DNA from: an uncultured Halobacteriales archaeon
Lineage (GTDB): Archaea > Halobacteriota > Halobacteria > Halobacteriales > Hikarchaeaceae
Length of the DNA stretch: 64,000 bases
NCBI GenBank assembly: GCA_964554565.1
Contig: CAZKPC010000001.1
Coordinates: 16,956-80,955, forward strand
Reading direction: 5' to 3'
Shown: in pieces, positions 27,688-37,190 of the stretch
Numbering within the stretch: the stretch's first letter is position 1
Layout of the letters: each line of letters opens with the position of its first letter
The notes under the pieces: model-generated
Database searches by the model: none
Seen by the model: the letters and a program-made list of their open reading frames with translations, nothing else
What the model was told of the DNA's origin: nothing
Program-made: the position numbers and the translations under genes

Positions 27688-30600
27688 TCAGTCGGCCGAC
27701 TCCTCGACGGTCGCTGGGCCGCCTCCAGCCGCCGGGGCCGGCAGCTCGCGACGGGCATCGGCCCCCGGTCGTTCCCCGATCGCCCGGGCGTAAGCTTCCG
27801 GCATGACCTTCACGAAGTCCTCACAGGCCGCGTCCCAGTCGGCCAACAGTGCGGTCGCCCGCTCGGAACCGGTATACGCCGCGTGGTTCTGCACGAGCCG
27901 CTTCAGTGCGGCCATATCGGGCGGCTCGAGCGTATCCTCCACATCGACCATTTCCTGGTTGCACCGGCGCTCGAAGGTGTCATCGGGGTCATGGACGTAA
28001 GCCACGCCGCCCGACATGCCGGCGGCGAAGTTCTTGCCGGTCTCGCCGAGGACCGCCACGATGCCCCCCGTCATGTATTCACAGCCGTGGTCGCCAACGC
28101 CCTCCACGACGGCCCGGGAGCCCGAGTTTCGAACCCCGAACCGTTCGCCGGCCACGCCGTTGACATATAGCTCGCCCCCCGTGGCGCCATACAGCGCCAC
28201 GTTGCCGATCAGGGTGTTTTCCGCCGGATCGAACGCCGCCGCCTCCGGCGTGCGCACGATCACGGTCCCGCCCGAGAGGCCTTTCGCGACGTAGTCGTTG
28301 GCCGCCCCCTCGAGCTCGAAGCTGATTCCCGAGGCCAGAAACGCGCCGAAGGACTGTCCGGCGATGCCGTCGAACGCAACCCGGATCGTCCCGTCCGGCA
28401 ACCCCTCCGGGCCGTGTTCCGACACGACCCGGTTGGACAGGGTCGCGCCCACCGTGCGGTCGATGTTCGTGATCGAACGCTCGATCGACACCGCCTCACC
28501 GTCCGTGATCGCGGGCTGGGCCTCCTCGATCAGGGACCAGTCCAGGCGGTCATCGAGCTCGTGGGCCTGTGTGGTCGTGTTCCGCCGCGGGTGATCAGTC
28601 TCAGGAGCCGCCAGCACGTTCGAGAGATCCACCCGGCGAGCCTTGGGGTTCGTCACGTCCGGACGCTGTCGGAGCATCTCGACCCGCCCGACCATTTCAT
28701 CGACCGAGCGGACCCCCAGCTCCGCCATCAGTTCGCGCAGCTCCCGGGCGATGAACGTGAAGTAATTGATCACGTGTTCGGGCTCCCCCTGGAACCGGTC
28801 CCTGAGGCCCGGATCCTGCGTGGCCACGCCGACGGGGCAGGTGTTCTTGTGGCACTGTCTGGCCATCACGCAGCCCTCGGCGACCAGCCCGGCCGTCCCG
28901 AACACGAACTCCTCCGCGCCCAGTAACGCGGCGATCGCCGCGTCCCGGCCCGTCATCAAACCTCCATCGGTCGAGAGCCGCACGCGGGAACGTAGGCCCG
29001 TCTCACGGAGGAGCTGCTGGGCTTCGGCGAGGCCGAGTTCCCACGGCACCCCGGCGTTCTTGATCGAGGTCCGCGGACTCGCCCCCGTTCCACCCGAGTG
29101 ACCCGAAATGTGCACGACGTCGGCATTGGCTTTGGCACACCCCGCCGCGATGATCCCGACGCCGTCCTCCGCGACGAGCTTGACGTTGACGTCCCCCTCC
29201 GGGTTGGCGGCCTTGAGGTCGGAGATGAGTTGTTTGAGGTCCTCGATGGAGTAGATGTCGTGCTGGGGCGGCGGCGAGATGAGCCCGACGCCGGGTACCG
29301 ACTGCCGGACCTCGGCGATCATTTCGTTGACCTTGTGACCGGGGAGGTGTCCCCCTTCGCCGGGCTTCGAACCCTGCGCCATCTTGATCTGCAGCTCCTC
29401 GGCGGCAGCGAGATAGCTCGCCGTGACGCCGAACCGGCCAGAGGCGACTTGTTTGATGTTGCATTCGCGATCCGTCCCGAAGCGTTCGGGCGGTTCGCCA
29501 CCCTCGCCGCTGCCGCTCTTCGCCCCGAGCCGGTTCATGGCGATCGAGAGCGTCTCATGGGCTTCGGGAGACAGCGAGCCGAGGCTCATCGAGGCCGTCG
29601 TGAAGCGCTCGACGATCGAGTCGATCGGTTCGACCTCCTCTACCGGGACCGGCTCCCGGTCGGAATCGAACTCGAGCAGGCCCCGAAGGGTCTGGAGGGT
29701 CTCGGTTTGGTCGTTGACCAGCGCCGCGAACTCGCGGTACCGCTCGTAATCCTCCCCGCGAACCGCCTGTTGGAGGGTCCCGACGGTTTTCGGGTTCCAC
29801 CGGTGATGGATCCCCGTCGACCGGTGCTCGAATTCCCCTTGGTGAGCCAGTTCAGGATCATCGGCGAAGCCCGCTTCGTGGCGTTCCAGCAGGTCCGCTT
29901 CGAGCTCCTCGAGACCGATGCCACCGGTCCGATTGGGCGTTCCGGTGAAGTACTCCGCCACGAAGTCCCGGTCGAGCCCGACAGCCTCGAATATCTGGGC
30001 GCCCTGATATGAAGCGACGGTCGAGATGCCCATCTTCGACATCACCTTGAGCAAACCCTCCTCGAGGGCCCGCCGGTAGGCCGCGATCGCCTCGGTCGTT
30101 TCGGCCGCGTCGGACCCCCCCATCACGTCCGTGATCGTCTCGTAGGCCAGGTACGGGTGAACGGCCCCGGCGCCGAAGCCGACGAGCGTGCAGAGCTGGT
30201 GGACGGTTCTGACGTCGCCGGTTTCGACCACGAGCCCGACGTGGTTCCGCCGGCCGTTTCTCACGAGGTGATGATGGACTGCGGCGGTGGCGAGCAGGCC
30301 CGGTATCGGCACACGGTCAGGGCCGGTCGCCCGGTCCGAGAGCACGATCACGTCGTGGCCGTCCGCGTCCGCCTGATCCGCCCGCTCCCGGAGCCGGGCC
30401 ACGGCGTCCGCCATCGAGGATCGGTCCGGGTCGTACGTCGCGTCCAGTACGCTTGCCGACAGCCCGCCCGACGAGAGCGATTTCACCGCGTCCGCGCCGG
30501 CGCCAGTGAGCACCGGGGAGTCGAGCACGAGCTGGTTGGCATGGTCCGGCGTCTCGGCGAGCAGGTTCCGTTGGTGGCCGAGCCGGGTCTCGAGACTCAT

Positions 30601-32211
30601 CACCAGCGACTCCCGATAGTTGTCGATGGGCGGGTTGGACACCTGGGCGAACAGTTGTTTGAAATAGGAATCCAGGCCGCGGTTGTAGGGCGAGAGCACC
30701 GACAGTGGCGTGTCATCGCCCATCGAGCCGACCGGGTCCTGACCGTCGGCCGCCATCGGCTCGAGCAGGTTCTCGAGCTCGTCCCGGGTGACTCCATGAG
30801 CGACCTGGCGGCGTCGCAGATCAGCGACGTCCGGTTCGTCGCCATCGGATACGTCGACGAGATCCGCGAGGGTCACCTGCTGCTCGGCGGTCCAATCGGT
30901 GTAGCGCTCATCGGTGAGGTCGTCGAAGACCTCGTCATCGGGCACGATCCGACCCTCAGCGGGGTCGGCCACGAACAGCTGCCCCGGCTGGAGCCGGCCC
31001 CGTTCCTCGACGGTGGAAACGTCCCGTTCGAGCGCTCCGGCCTCGCTCGCCAGCGTCAATCGGTTGTCGGCGGTGCGCTCGTAGCGGCACGGCCGGAGGC
31101 CGTTCCGGTCCAGCGCGGCGGCGACCCGCTCGCCGTCGGTGCCGATAACGAGGGCCGGGCCATCCCACGGTTCCACGATCGAGGCGTGGTAGTCGTAGAA
31201 CGCCTCCCGATCGGCATCAAGCCGGTTCTCGGGAGCGCGCCAGGCCTCCGGGATCAGCATCCTGAGGGCGTGTGGGAGCTGACGGCCCCCAGCCATCAGG
31301 AGCTCGAGGGCGTTATCGACGGAGGCAGTGTCGCTCTGTGTTGCGTCCGCGATGACCGGTTTGATCGCTTCGATGTCCTCGCCGAAGGCCTCGTGTTCGA
31401 GATCCGTTTCCCGGGCCCGCATCCAATTGATGTTGCCACGGATCGTGTTGAACTCGCCGTTGTGGATGATATGGCGATACGGGTGCGCCAGGTGCCAGGC
31501 GCCGAGGGTGTTCGTCGAGAACCTGGCGTGGACCATGACGAAGTTCGATCTAACGCGGTCGTCCCGCAGCTCCGGGTAATACGCCGGGAGCTGGCTCGAG
31601 GTCAGGAGGCCCTTGTATACGACCGTCTGGCGGTCGAGCGAGCAGACGTAGAACCGCTCGGTGCCGTCGATACTCGAGGACTCCACTGCAGTCTCCAGGG
31701 CCCGACGGCCGACGTACAGGGCCCGATCGAACGCGTCGAGATCGAGGCCGTCCGGCGCCAGGAAACACTGCCACACCGCGGGTTCTGAGTCCAGCGCCGT
31801 CGGGCCGAGCGAGTCGTTGACCGTTCTAACCCGACGCCAGTGGACCACTTCGATGTCCCGCTCCCGCAGGACGTTCTCGGTTTTCTGCCGCAGCTCGGCC
31901 GCCGCGGCCTCAGCTTGGGGCAGGAAGAACATCCCGACCGCGTACTGGTCCGGCAGCTCGGCGTCCACGATCGCGTTGTAGTATTCGCGGGGGGTTTGCA
32001 GGAGGATCCCGGCGCCGTCGCCCGTATCGGGATCGGCCCCCGTCGTGCCCCGGTGCTCGAGGTTGCGAAGGAGCTCGAAGCCATCAGCGACGACCTCGTG
32101 TGACCGGCCGCCGTCGAGGTCCATGACGACGCCGACACCGCAGTTCGCCTGGGCGTCCGCAGGATCGCCGAGCAGCTCAGGGCTGGCGCTGCCGGCGGTG
32201 GGAGGAGTCAT
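27688..32211 (-). CDS. gltB: Glutamate synthase large chain (single-polypeptide GltB)
   Basis: Ntn-amidotransferase Cys (QANCGVGVV), central, FMN and C-terminal GXGXG domains. 1507 aa from ATG 32211 (MTPPTAG). The TTG at 32277 lies inside the AT-rich promoter and is rejected. Confidence 0.95.
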   Translation of the reverse strand: MTPPTAGSASPELLGDPADAQANCGVGVVMDLDGGRSHEVVADGFELLRNLEHRGTTGADPDTGDGAGILLQTPREYYNAIVDAELPDQYAVGMFFLPQAEAAAAELRQKTENVLRERDIEVVHWRRVRTVNDSLGPTALDSEPAVWQCFLAPDGLDLDAFDRALYVGRRALETAVESSSIDGTERFYVCSLDRQTVVYKGLLTSSQLPAYYPELRDDRVRSNFVMVHARFSTNTLGAWHLAHPYRHIIHNGEFNTIRGNINWMRARETDLEHEAFGEDIEAIKPVIADATQSDTASVDNALELLMAGGRQLPHALRMLIPEAWRAPENRLDADREAFYDYHASIVEPWDGPALVIGTDGERVAAALDRNGLRPCRYERTADNRLTLASEAGALERDVSTVEERGRLQPGQLFVADPAEGRIVPDDEVFDDLTDERYTDWTAEQQVTLADLVDVSDGDEPDVADLRRRQVAHGVTRDELENLLEPMAADGQDPVGSMGDDTPLSVLSPYNRGLDSYFKQLFAQVSNPPIDNYRESLVMSLETRLGHQRNLLAETPDHANQLVLDSPVLTGAGADAVKSLSSGGLSASVLDATYDPDRSSMADAVARLRERADQADADGHDVIVLSDRATGPDRVPIPGLLATAAVHHHLVRNGRRNHVGLVVETGDVRTVHQLCTLVGFGAGAVHPYLAYETITDVMGGSDAAETTEAIAAYRRALEEGLLKVMSKMGISTVASYQGAQIFEAVGLDRDFVAEYFTGTPNRTGGIGLEELEADLLERHEAGFADDPELAHQGEFEHRSTGIHHRWNPKTVGTLQQAVRGEDYERYREFAALVNDQTETLQTLRGLLEFDSDREPVPVEEVEPIDSIVERFTTASMSLGSLSPEAHETLSIAMNRLGAKSGSGEGGEPPERFGTDRECNIKQVASGRFGVTASYLAAAEELQIKMAQGSKPGEGGHLPGHKVNEMIAEVRQSVPGVGLISPPPQHDIYSIEDLKQLISDLKAANPEGDVNVKLVAEDGVGIIAAGCAKANADVVHISGHSGGTGASPRTSIKNAGVPWELGLAEAQQLLRETGLRSRVRLSTDGGLMTGRDAAIAALLGAEEFVFGTAGLVAEGCVMARQCHKNTCPVGVATQDPGLRDRFQGEPEHVINYFTFIARELRELMAELGVRSVDEMVGRVEMLRQRPDVTNPKARRVDLSNVLAAPETDHPRRNTTTQAHELDDRLDWSLIEEAQPAITDGEAVSIERSITNIDRTVGATLSNRVVSEHGPEGLPDGTIRVAFDGIAGQSFGAFLASGISFELEGAANDYVAKGLSGGTVIVRTPEAAAFDPAENTLIGNVALYGATGGELYVNGVAGERFGVRNSGSRAVVEGVGDHGCEYMTGGIVAVLGETGKNFAAGMSGGVAYVHDPDDTFERRCNQEMVDVEDTLEPPDMAALKRLVQNHAAYTGSERATALLADWDAACEDFVKVMPEAYARAIGERPGADARRELPAPAAGGGPATVEESAD

Positions 32212-32256
32212 ACCATGGATGCAGGCAGGCCGCTTGAAACGGCTTCCCCTGTAATT

Positions 32257-32272
32257 ATTAGTGTTCACTAAT
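32257..32272. promoter_or_regulatory. 16-nt AT-rich palindrome ATTAGTG-TT-CACTAAT between the gltB TATA box and start codon (candidate operator)
   Basis: Read directly: 7+7 perfectly complementary arms, centred about 22 nt downstream of the TATA-like box on the gltB strand. Confidence 0.3.
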
Positions 32273-32283
32273 CCCAAATAAGG

Positions 32284-32291
32284 TAATATAA
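32284..32291 (-). promoter_or_regulatory. TATA-like box (TTATATTA on the minus strand) upstream of gltB
   Basis: The only strongly AT-rich island in this area (32251-32300), about 75 nt upstream of ATG 32211. Confidence 0.45.
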
Positions 32292-32359
32292 GGTCATCTT
32301 ACAGCCGCGATCATCCCTATAGCCTCAACTGGCCGGGCAGAAATCCGACCGACGGCGGC

Positions 32360-33814
32360 TCAGTAGTTCCGGGCGAAGTACGCCGTCTCGACCGCTGGCT
32401 CCCGGCAGATCGCACACGACTCTTCGATCGGCGGCTCGTCCTCCGAGAGGGGCACCATCACGATCTCGGCCGCGATCTCCTCCTTCACGTCGGCCTCGCA
32501 GTCCGGGTCGCCACACCACGCCGCCCGAACGTAGCCCCCGTGTTGGCCGATCGTGCCCAGGATCTCGTCCCGGGAGCCCGCCTCCCGAACGTTCTCTTCC
32601 AGGACCGCCGCCGCGTTCTCATACAGTTTGTCGTAGACCCTGTCTAGATGGGTATCGACCGATTCCGCGACCTCCGCAGCATCGACGCCGGCGCGTTCCC
32701 CGTCCGGCCGATGAACCAGCGTCGCCGCCCCGTCCTCGGCCTCGTCCGGCCCGATTTCCACCCGGAGCGGGACGCCCTTGAGCTCCCACTCGTTGAACTT
32801 GAAGCCGGGGTTGCGCTCGTCCCGGTCGTCGAGCTGCACCCGGAATCCGGCCGCCTCGAGGCGGTCGGTGACCTCAGTAGCGTGGTCCAAGACCGTTTCG
32901 CGCGTGGCCTCCTGCCAGATCGGAACCACCACGACCTGGGTCGGGGCGACCGTCGGCGGGAGCACCAGTCCCTGGTCGTCGGAGTGGGTCATGACGAGGG
33001 CCCCGATCGCCCGCCAGGACACGCCCCAGGAGGCCGTATGAGCGGTCCGCTCGGCCTCCTGCTCGTCGATATACGTGACGTCGAAGGCCTCCGCGAAGGT
33101 GGTGCCGAGGTAGTGGCTCGTCCCGCCTTGCACCGACTTGCCGTCCGGCATCAGCGCCTCGACGGTCGTGGTGGTCTCCGCCCCCGGGAACTTGTCGTGT
33201 GGGGGCTTTCGACCCGTCAGCACGGGGATCGCCAGCACCTCCTCGTAGAGGCGCTCGTACTGGTCGAGCCGGAGCATCGTTTCCTGCCAGGCACTTTTCT
33301 CGGTCGCATGGGCGGTATGGCCCTCCTGCCAGAGGAACTCCTTCGTCCGGAAGAACGGCTTCGTTTCCGTAGCCTCCCACCGGACCACGCTGTTCCACTG
33401 GTTCAAGCGGAGCGGCAGGTCCCGGTGGCTCCGGATCCACTTGGCCATGAACGGGGCGATGATGCTCTCGGAGGTCGGGCGGACGGCCAGCCGCTCCTCC
33501 AGCTCGTCGTATCCCCCGTGCGTGACCCAGGCCACCTCTGGATCGAACCCCTCGAGGACGTCCTTCTCCCGCTGCAGCAGCGACTCGGGGATGAACAAGG
33601 GAAAGTACGCGTTCTCGACGCCGGTGTCCTTGAACCAGCCGTCGAGATGGTCCTGTAACCGCTCCCAGATCGCGTAGCCGCGGGGCCGGGTGATGATGAA
33701 GCCGCCCATGGGCGCGTAATCGGCCAACTCCGCCTTCCGCACGACCTCCGCGTACCACTCGCCGGGACTGTGTTCCTTCGATTCCGTGATGCCCAGTTCC
33801 TGCTCGCCGCTCAT
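32360..33814 (-). CDS. proS: Prolyl-tRNA synthetase (archaeal/eukaryotic type)
   Basis: 484 aa with class II aaRS core motifs, an anticodon-binding domain and a C-terminal Zn-binding domain ending ..CAICREPAVETAYFARNY. Confidence 0.95.
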   Translation of the reverse strand: MSGEQELGITESKEHSPGEWYAEVVRKAELADYAPMGGFIITRPRGYAIWERLQDHLDGWFKDTGVENAYFPLFIPESLLQREKDVLEGFDPEVAWVTHGGYDELEERLAVRPTSESIIAPFMAKWIRSHRDLPLRLNQWNSVVRWEATETKPFFRTKEFLWQEGHTAHATEKSAWQETMLRLDQYERLYEEVLAIPVLTGRKPPHDKFPGAETTTTVEALMPDGKSVQGGTSHYLGTTFAEAFDVTYIDEQEAERTAHTASWGVSWRAIGALVMTHSDDQGLVLPPTVAPTQVVVVPIWQEATRETVLDHATEVTDRLEAAGFRVQLDDRDERNPGFKFNEWELKGVPLRVEIGPDEAEDGAATLVHRPDGERAGVDAAEVAESVDTHLDRVYDKLYENAAAVLEENVREAGSRDEILGTIGQHGGYVRAAWCGDPDCEADVKEEIAAEIVMVPLSEDEPPIEESCAICREPAVETAYFARNY

Positions 33815-33874
33815 TGGCGGTCGGTTGCGAGGTGCGGCCTTAAAGCCCGCGAAGGTGCGGTTCCAGGCGGGGCT

Positions 33875-34402
33875 TCAGGCCGTTCTCGCGTCCCGATGAT
33901 CGAAGGTGACGCCGGTCTCCAGGTCGCAGGTTTCCATGTTCTCGCCCTCCGCGTCGAAGGCCACGAGTCCGCGGAACGTTCGGCCCTCCAACAGCAATGG
34001 CAACCAGTGGCGGTCGTCGTCCCACATCTCGCCGTAGGGGATCTCCTGAACGGAAAACCAGGCCGGGACGGCCTCAGCCGTCTCCTGGGGCGGGCCGGTG
34101 AAGTCAGCGGATCGGAACACGTGACAGAAGAAGGTGGGATCGCCGCCGAACGCGAACTTGAGTTCGCCCACCTTCTCGAGCGAACGCACCTCGACCCGGA
34201 GTTCCTCCCGGGCTTCACGAACGGCGGCCGCCCGTGGCGATTCGTCAGGCTCGACCTTGCCGCCGGGGCCGTTGTAGAGCCCAGCCCCGACCCCACGCTT
34301 TTTCCGCATCAGGAGCACCCGGTCTAACCCTTCGACACCCTGCCCGAGCTGGCCCTCGAAGAGGTGGCAAATCGTCGCTTCCTGGGTGTCGGAGAAGTCC
34401 AT
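33875..34402 (-). CDS. NUDIX hydrolase (MutT / 8-oxo-dGTPase-like)
   Basis: Nudix box GGKVEPDESPRAAAVREAREELRV; 175 aa. Confidence 0.85.
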   Translation of the reverse strand: MDFSDTQEATICHLFEGQLGQGVEGLDRVLLMRKKRGVGAGLYNGPGGKVEPDESPRAAAVREAREELRVEVRSLEKVGELKFAFGGDPTFFCHVFRSADFTGPPQETAEAVPAWFSVQEIPYGEMWDDDRHWLPLLLEGRTFRGLVAFDAEGENMETCDLETGVTFDHRDARTA

Positions 34403-34414
34403 GCCGGCGAAGGG

Positions 34415-34894
34415 TCACTCGATCGTAAAAGCGCTTTCTCCGGCGCGCCAGTCCCACCCGGGCAGCCTGGTCTGGAACCCGGCAGCCAGCGCGGCGTTCA
34501 AGTCGTCCGATCCCGCCGTGCCGCCGGCCTCCGACGCTGTCACGTCCGCGTAATGAAACGTGGCCTCCGACAGCAGACGGAGCGGCTGTTCGCCGGCGAT
34601 AATGGCAGCCAGCTCCCGGCCGAGGAGCTCGTCCACGATGAACCCCGGGTAGTCATCTGTCACGTCGAGCCCACGCAGGATGGAGACGAGCGCGGCCACG
34701 TTGACCGCCCGATCGCCCGCCGCGAAAACCGCCTCAGTGGCGCCTCGGTAGTCCGAAGCGTCGACGTGATCGACATCGGTTCCGAACGCCGTTCCGAGAT
34801 CGTCACGGACGTCGTTGATCAGGGGAACCACTGTGTCCGCCTGTTCCAGAACCCAATCACGCTCCCTGTCCACGGCGGCAGGTGTCAGCTTCAT
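34415..34894 (-). CDS. Acidic hypothetical protein, function unknown
   Basis: 159-aa ATG-initiated ORF of acidic composition, 12 nt upstream of the NUDIX gene on the same strand (likely co-transcribed). No family recognised. Confidence 0.6.
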   Translation of the reverse strand: MKLTPAAVDRERDWVLEQADTVVPLINDVRDDLGTAFGTDVDHVDASDYRGATEAVFAAGDRAVNVAALVSILRGLDVTDDYPGFIVDELLGRELAAIIAGEQPLRLLSEATFHYADVTASEAGGTAGSDDLNAALAAGFQTRLPGWDWRAGESAFTIE

Positions 34895-34993
34895 ACCTCG
34901 ATCCGGAGCGGACCCGTATTGGTCTTGGCGGGGGGCCCGACTGGATCAAGCCGTGCAGCGGGCATGGCCGGTGTTTCGAGCGTTTGCGAAGGC

Positions 34994-35026
34994 TTTTATA
35001 ACACAGCCCGATTACCGATTTTATAA
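34994..35026. promoter_or_regulatory. Two identical TTTTATAA octamers (34994-35001 and 35019-35026) in the divergent region upstream of aCPSF1
   Basis: Read directly. These palindromic-type TATA elements could serve either strand. The second lies about 210 nt upstream of the aCPSF1 ATG. Confidence 0.35.
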
Positions 35027-35236
35027 GCGGGTTTTGACGACCCTGTCCCGCGGCCGGTGAGCACGCGGCGCTCTCCCACCTGATAGGTCGTACCCAGACA
35101 TGCCGTCGAGTGACACGCTGTTCGGAACGGCTCCCGTTGGCCGACCGGCCCGAGAAGTCGGGACCGGGTCGTCGAAACCCCGTGTCCGGTCCGTCCGCCG
35201 ACGAGAAGGCGTCGAGCGGGCGGCCCCGATCTTCAC

Positions 35237-37153
35237 ATGAGTGCCGTAGAGCAACAACTCGAATCCATCCACGAGCAGATCGTCAGCGAGCTACCGGGCG
35301 ATATCTCAGTCTCGGGCGTCAAATACGAGGGTCCGGAGCTGGTGGTCTACACCCGGGATCCCAAGAAGTTCGCCCAGAAGGGGGACCTCATCCGAAAGCT
35401 GGCCAGCAAGCTCCGGAAGCGCATCACCGTCCGGCCCGATCCGGATGTCCTATCGAGACCCGCCGACGCGGAGGCGAAGATCAGGGAGGTGTTGCCGGAG
35501 GAAGCCGGCGTCACCGACCTCGATTTCCACGAGGACACCGGCGAGGTCGTCATCGAGGCCGAGAAACCCGGTCTGGTGATCGGCCGGCACGGCTCCACCC
35601 TGCGGGAGATCACCCAGCAGGTCGGGTGGACCCCGGAAGTCGTCCGGACCCCACCCATCGAATCCGCCACGGTGTCGAACGTGCGGAACTTCCTGAAGCA
35701 GGAGCGCGAGGAGCGCCGCTCGATCCTCGAACGGGTCGGGCGCCAGATCCACCGGGAGGAGCTCAACGACGAGGACTGGGTGCGGATCACGACGCTGGGC
35801 TGCTGCCGCGAGGTCGGCCGGGCCTCCTACGTGCTCTCGACTCCCGAAACCCGGGTCCTGATCGACTGTGGTGACAAACCCGGGGCGGAGGACGAGGTCC
35901 CGTATCTCCAGGTCCCCGAAGCGCTCGGAGCCGGGGCGAACACGATCGATGCAGTGGTGTTGACCCACGCCCACCTCGACCACTCGGCGCTGATCCCGCT
36001 GCTGTACAAGTATGGCTACGACGGGCCGATCTATACCACGGAACCCACCCGTGACCTCATGGGATTGCTCACGCTGGACTACCTGGACGTGGCGGTAAAG
36101 GAGGGCCGCAACCCGCCCTACGAGTCCGAGATGGTCCGCGAGGCGATCAAACACACCATCCCGGTCGAGTACGGCGACGTCACAGACATCGCCCCGGACG
36201 TCAAGCTGACACTTCACAACGCGGGGCACATCCTCGGGTCGTCGATCGCGCACTTCCACATCGGCGAGGGCCTGTATAACGTCGCTTTCAGCGGGGACAT
36301 CCACTACGACGATACCCGCCTCTTCAACGGGGCCGTCAACGACTTCCCGCGGGTGGAGACCCTCGTCCTCGAGTCGACCTACGGCGGGCGCAACGACTAC
36401 CAGACCGACCAGGAGGACTCCGAGCGTAAGTTGGTTGAACTCATCAACGAGACCCATGACGAAGGCGGGAAGGTCTTGATCCCAGCCTTTGCGGTCGGGC
36501 GCTCCCAAGAGATGATGCTGGTCATCGAGGAGGCCATGCGGAACGAGAAGATCCCGGAGATGCCAGTGCACCTCGACGGCATGATGTGGGAGGCGACGGC
36601 GATCCATACCACGTACCCCGAGTACCTCCGGGACGACCTCCGGGACCGGATCTTCCACGAGGACGCGAACCCGTTCCTGGCCGAGCAGTTCAACCACATC
36701 GACGGCGGCGAGGATGAGCGGTTGGAAGTGGCTGACGCCGGGCCGAGCATCGTGCTCTCGACCTCCGGGATGATCACCGGCGGCCCGATCATGTCGTGGC
36801 TCAACCACCTCGGCGGCGATCCGGACAACACGCTGACGTTCGTCGGATACCAGGCCCAGGGGACGCTCGGGCGCCGCATCCAGAACGGCTGGGACGAGAT
36901 CCCGATCAACGACGACGGCCGATCGAAGACGCTGAACCTCGACCTCGATGTCGAGACCGTCGACGGCTTCTCCGGGCACGCCGACCGGCAGGGGCTCGAG
37001 AACTTCGTGAAGACCATGAACCCGCGGCCGGAGAAGGTGCTCTGCGTGCACGGCGACGAACGGTCCACTCAGGACCTCTCCTCGGCGCTCTACCACAAGT
37101 ACGACATGCGGACTTTCGCCCCGAAGAACCTCGAGACCTTCCGCTTCCTGTAA
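35237..37153 (+). CDS. fttA: aCPSF1/FttA beta-CASP ribonuclease (KH-KH-MBL-beta-CASP), transcription termination factor
   Basis: 638 aa with N-terminal KH domains, the metallo-beta-lactamase motif THAHLDHSA and a beta-CASP region. The antisense 692-aa ORF is an artefact. Confidence 0.95.
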   Translation: MSAVEQQLESIHEQIVSELPGDISVSGVKYEGPELVVYTRDPKKFAQKGDLIRKLASKLRKRITVRPDPDVLSRPADAEAKIREVLPEEAGVTDLDFHEDTGEVVIEAEKPGLVIGRHGSTLREITQQVGWTPEVVRTPPIESATVSNVRNFLKQEREERRSILERVGRQIHREELNDEDWVRITTLGCCREVGRASYVLSTPETRVLIDCGDKPGAEDEVPYLQVPEALGAGANTIDAVVLTHAHLDHSALIPLLYKYGYDGPIYTTEPTRDLMGLLTLDYLDVAVKEGRNPPYESEMVREAIKHTIPVEYGDVTDIAPDVKLTLHNAGHILGSSIAHFHIGEGLYNVAFSGDIHYDDTRLFNGAVNDFPRVETLVLESTYGGRNDYQTDQEDSERKLVELINETHDEGGKVLIPAFAVGRSQEMMLVIEEAMRNEKIPEMPVHLDGMMWEATAIHTTYPEYLRDDLRDRIFHEDANPFLAEQFNHIDGGEDERLEVADAGPSIVLSTSGMITGGPIMSWLNHLGGDPDNTLTFVGYQAQGTLGRRIQNGWDEIPINDDGRSKTLNLDLDVETVDGFSGHADRQGLENFVKTMNPRPEKVLCVHGDERSTQDLSSALYHKYDMRTFAPKNLETFRFL

Positions 37154-37190
37154 GCCCGATACGAGTCGGATTTGGGACGGAGTTTCGACA

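Noticed and set aside
32212-32277. TTG start at 32277 extending gltB by 22 codons (MGLVNTNNYRGSRFKRPACIHG).
   Set aside because: The extension runs through the AT-rich TATA/palindrome region, uses rare AT-rich codons and begins with TTG. ATG 32211 lies just upstream of the conserved Ntn Cys.
35100-35240. 46-codon upstream ORF (MPSSDTLFGTAPVGRPAREV...) whose TGA overlaps the aCPSF1 ATG in an ATGA arrangement.
   Set aside because: The product is basic and Arg-rich, its third-position G/C is only about 70 percent (lower than real genes here), and no SD or TATA sits at appropriate spacing. It is most likely a chance ORF inside the leader, though ribosome profiling could revisit it.
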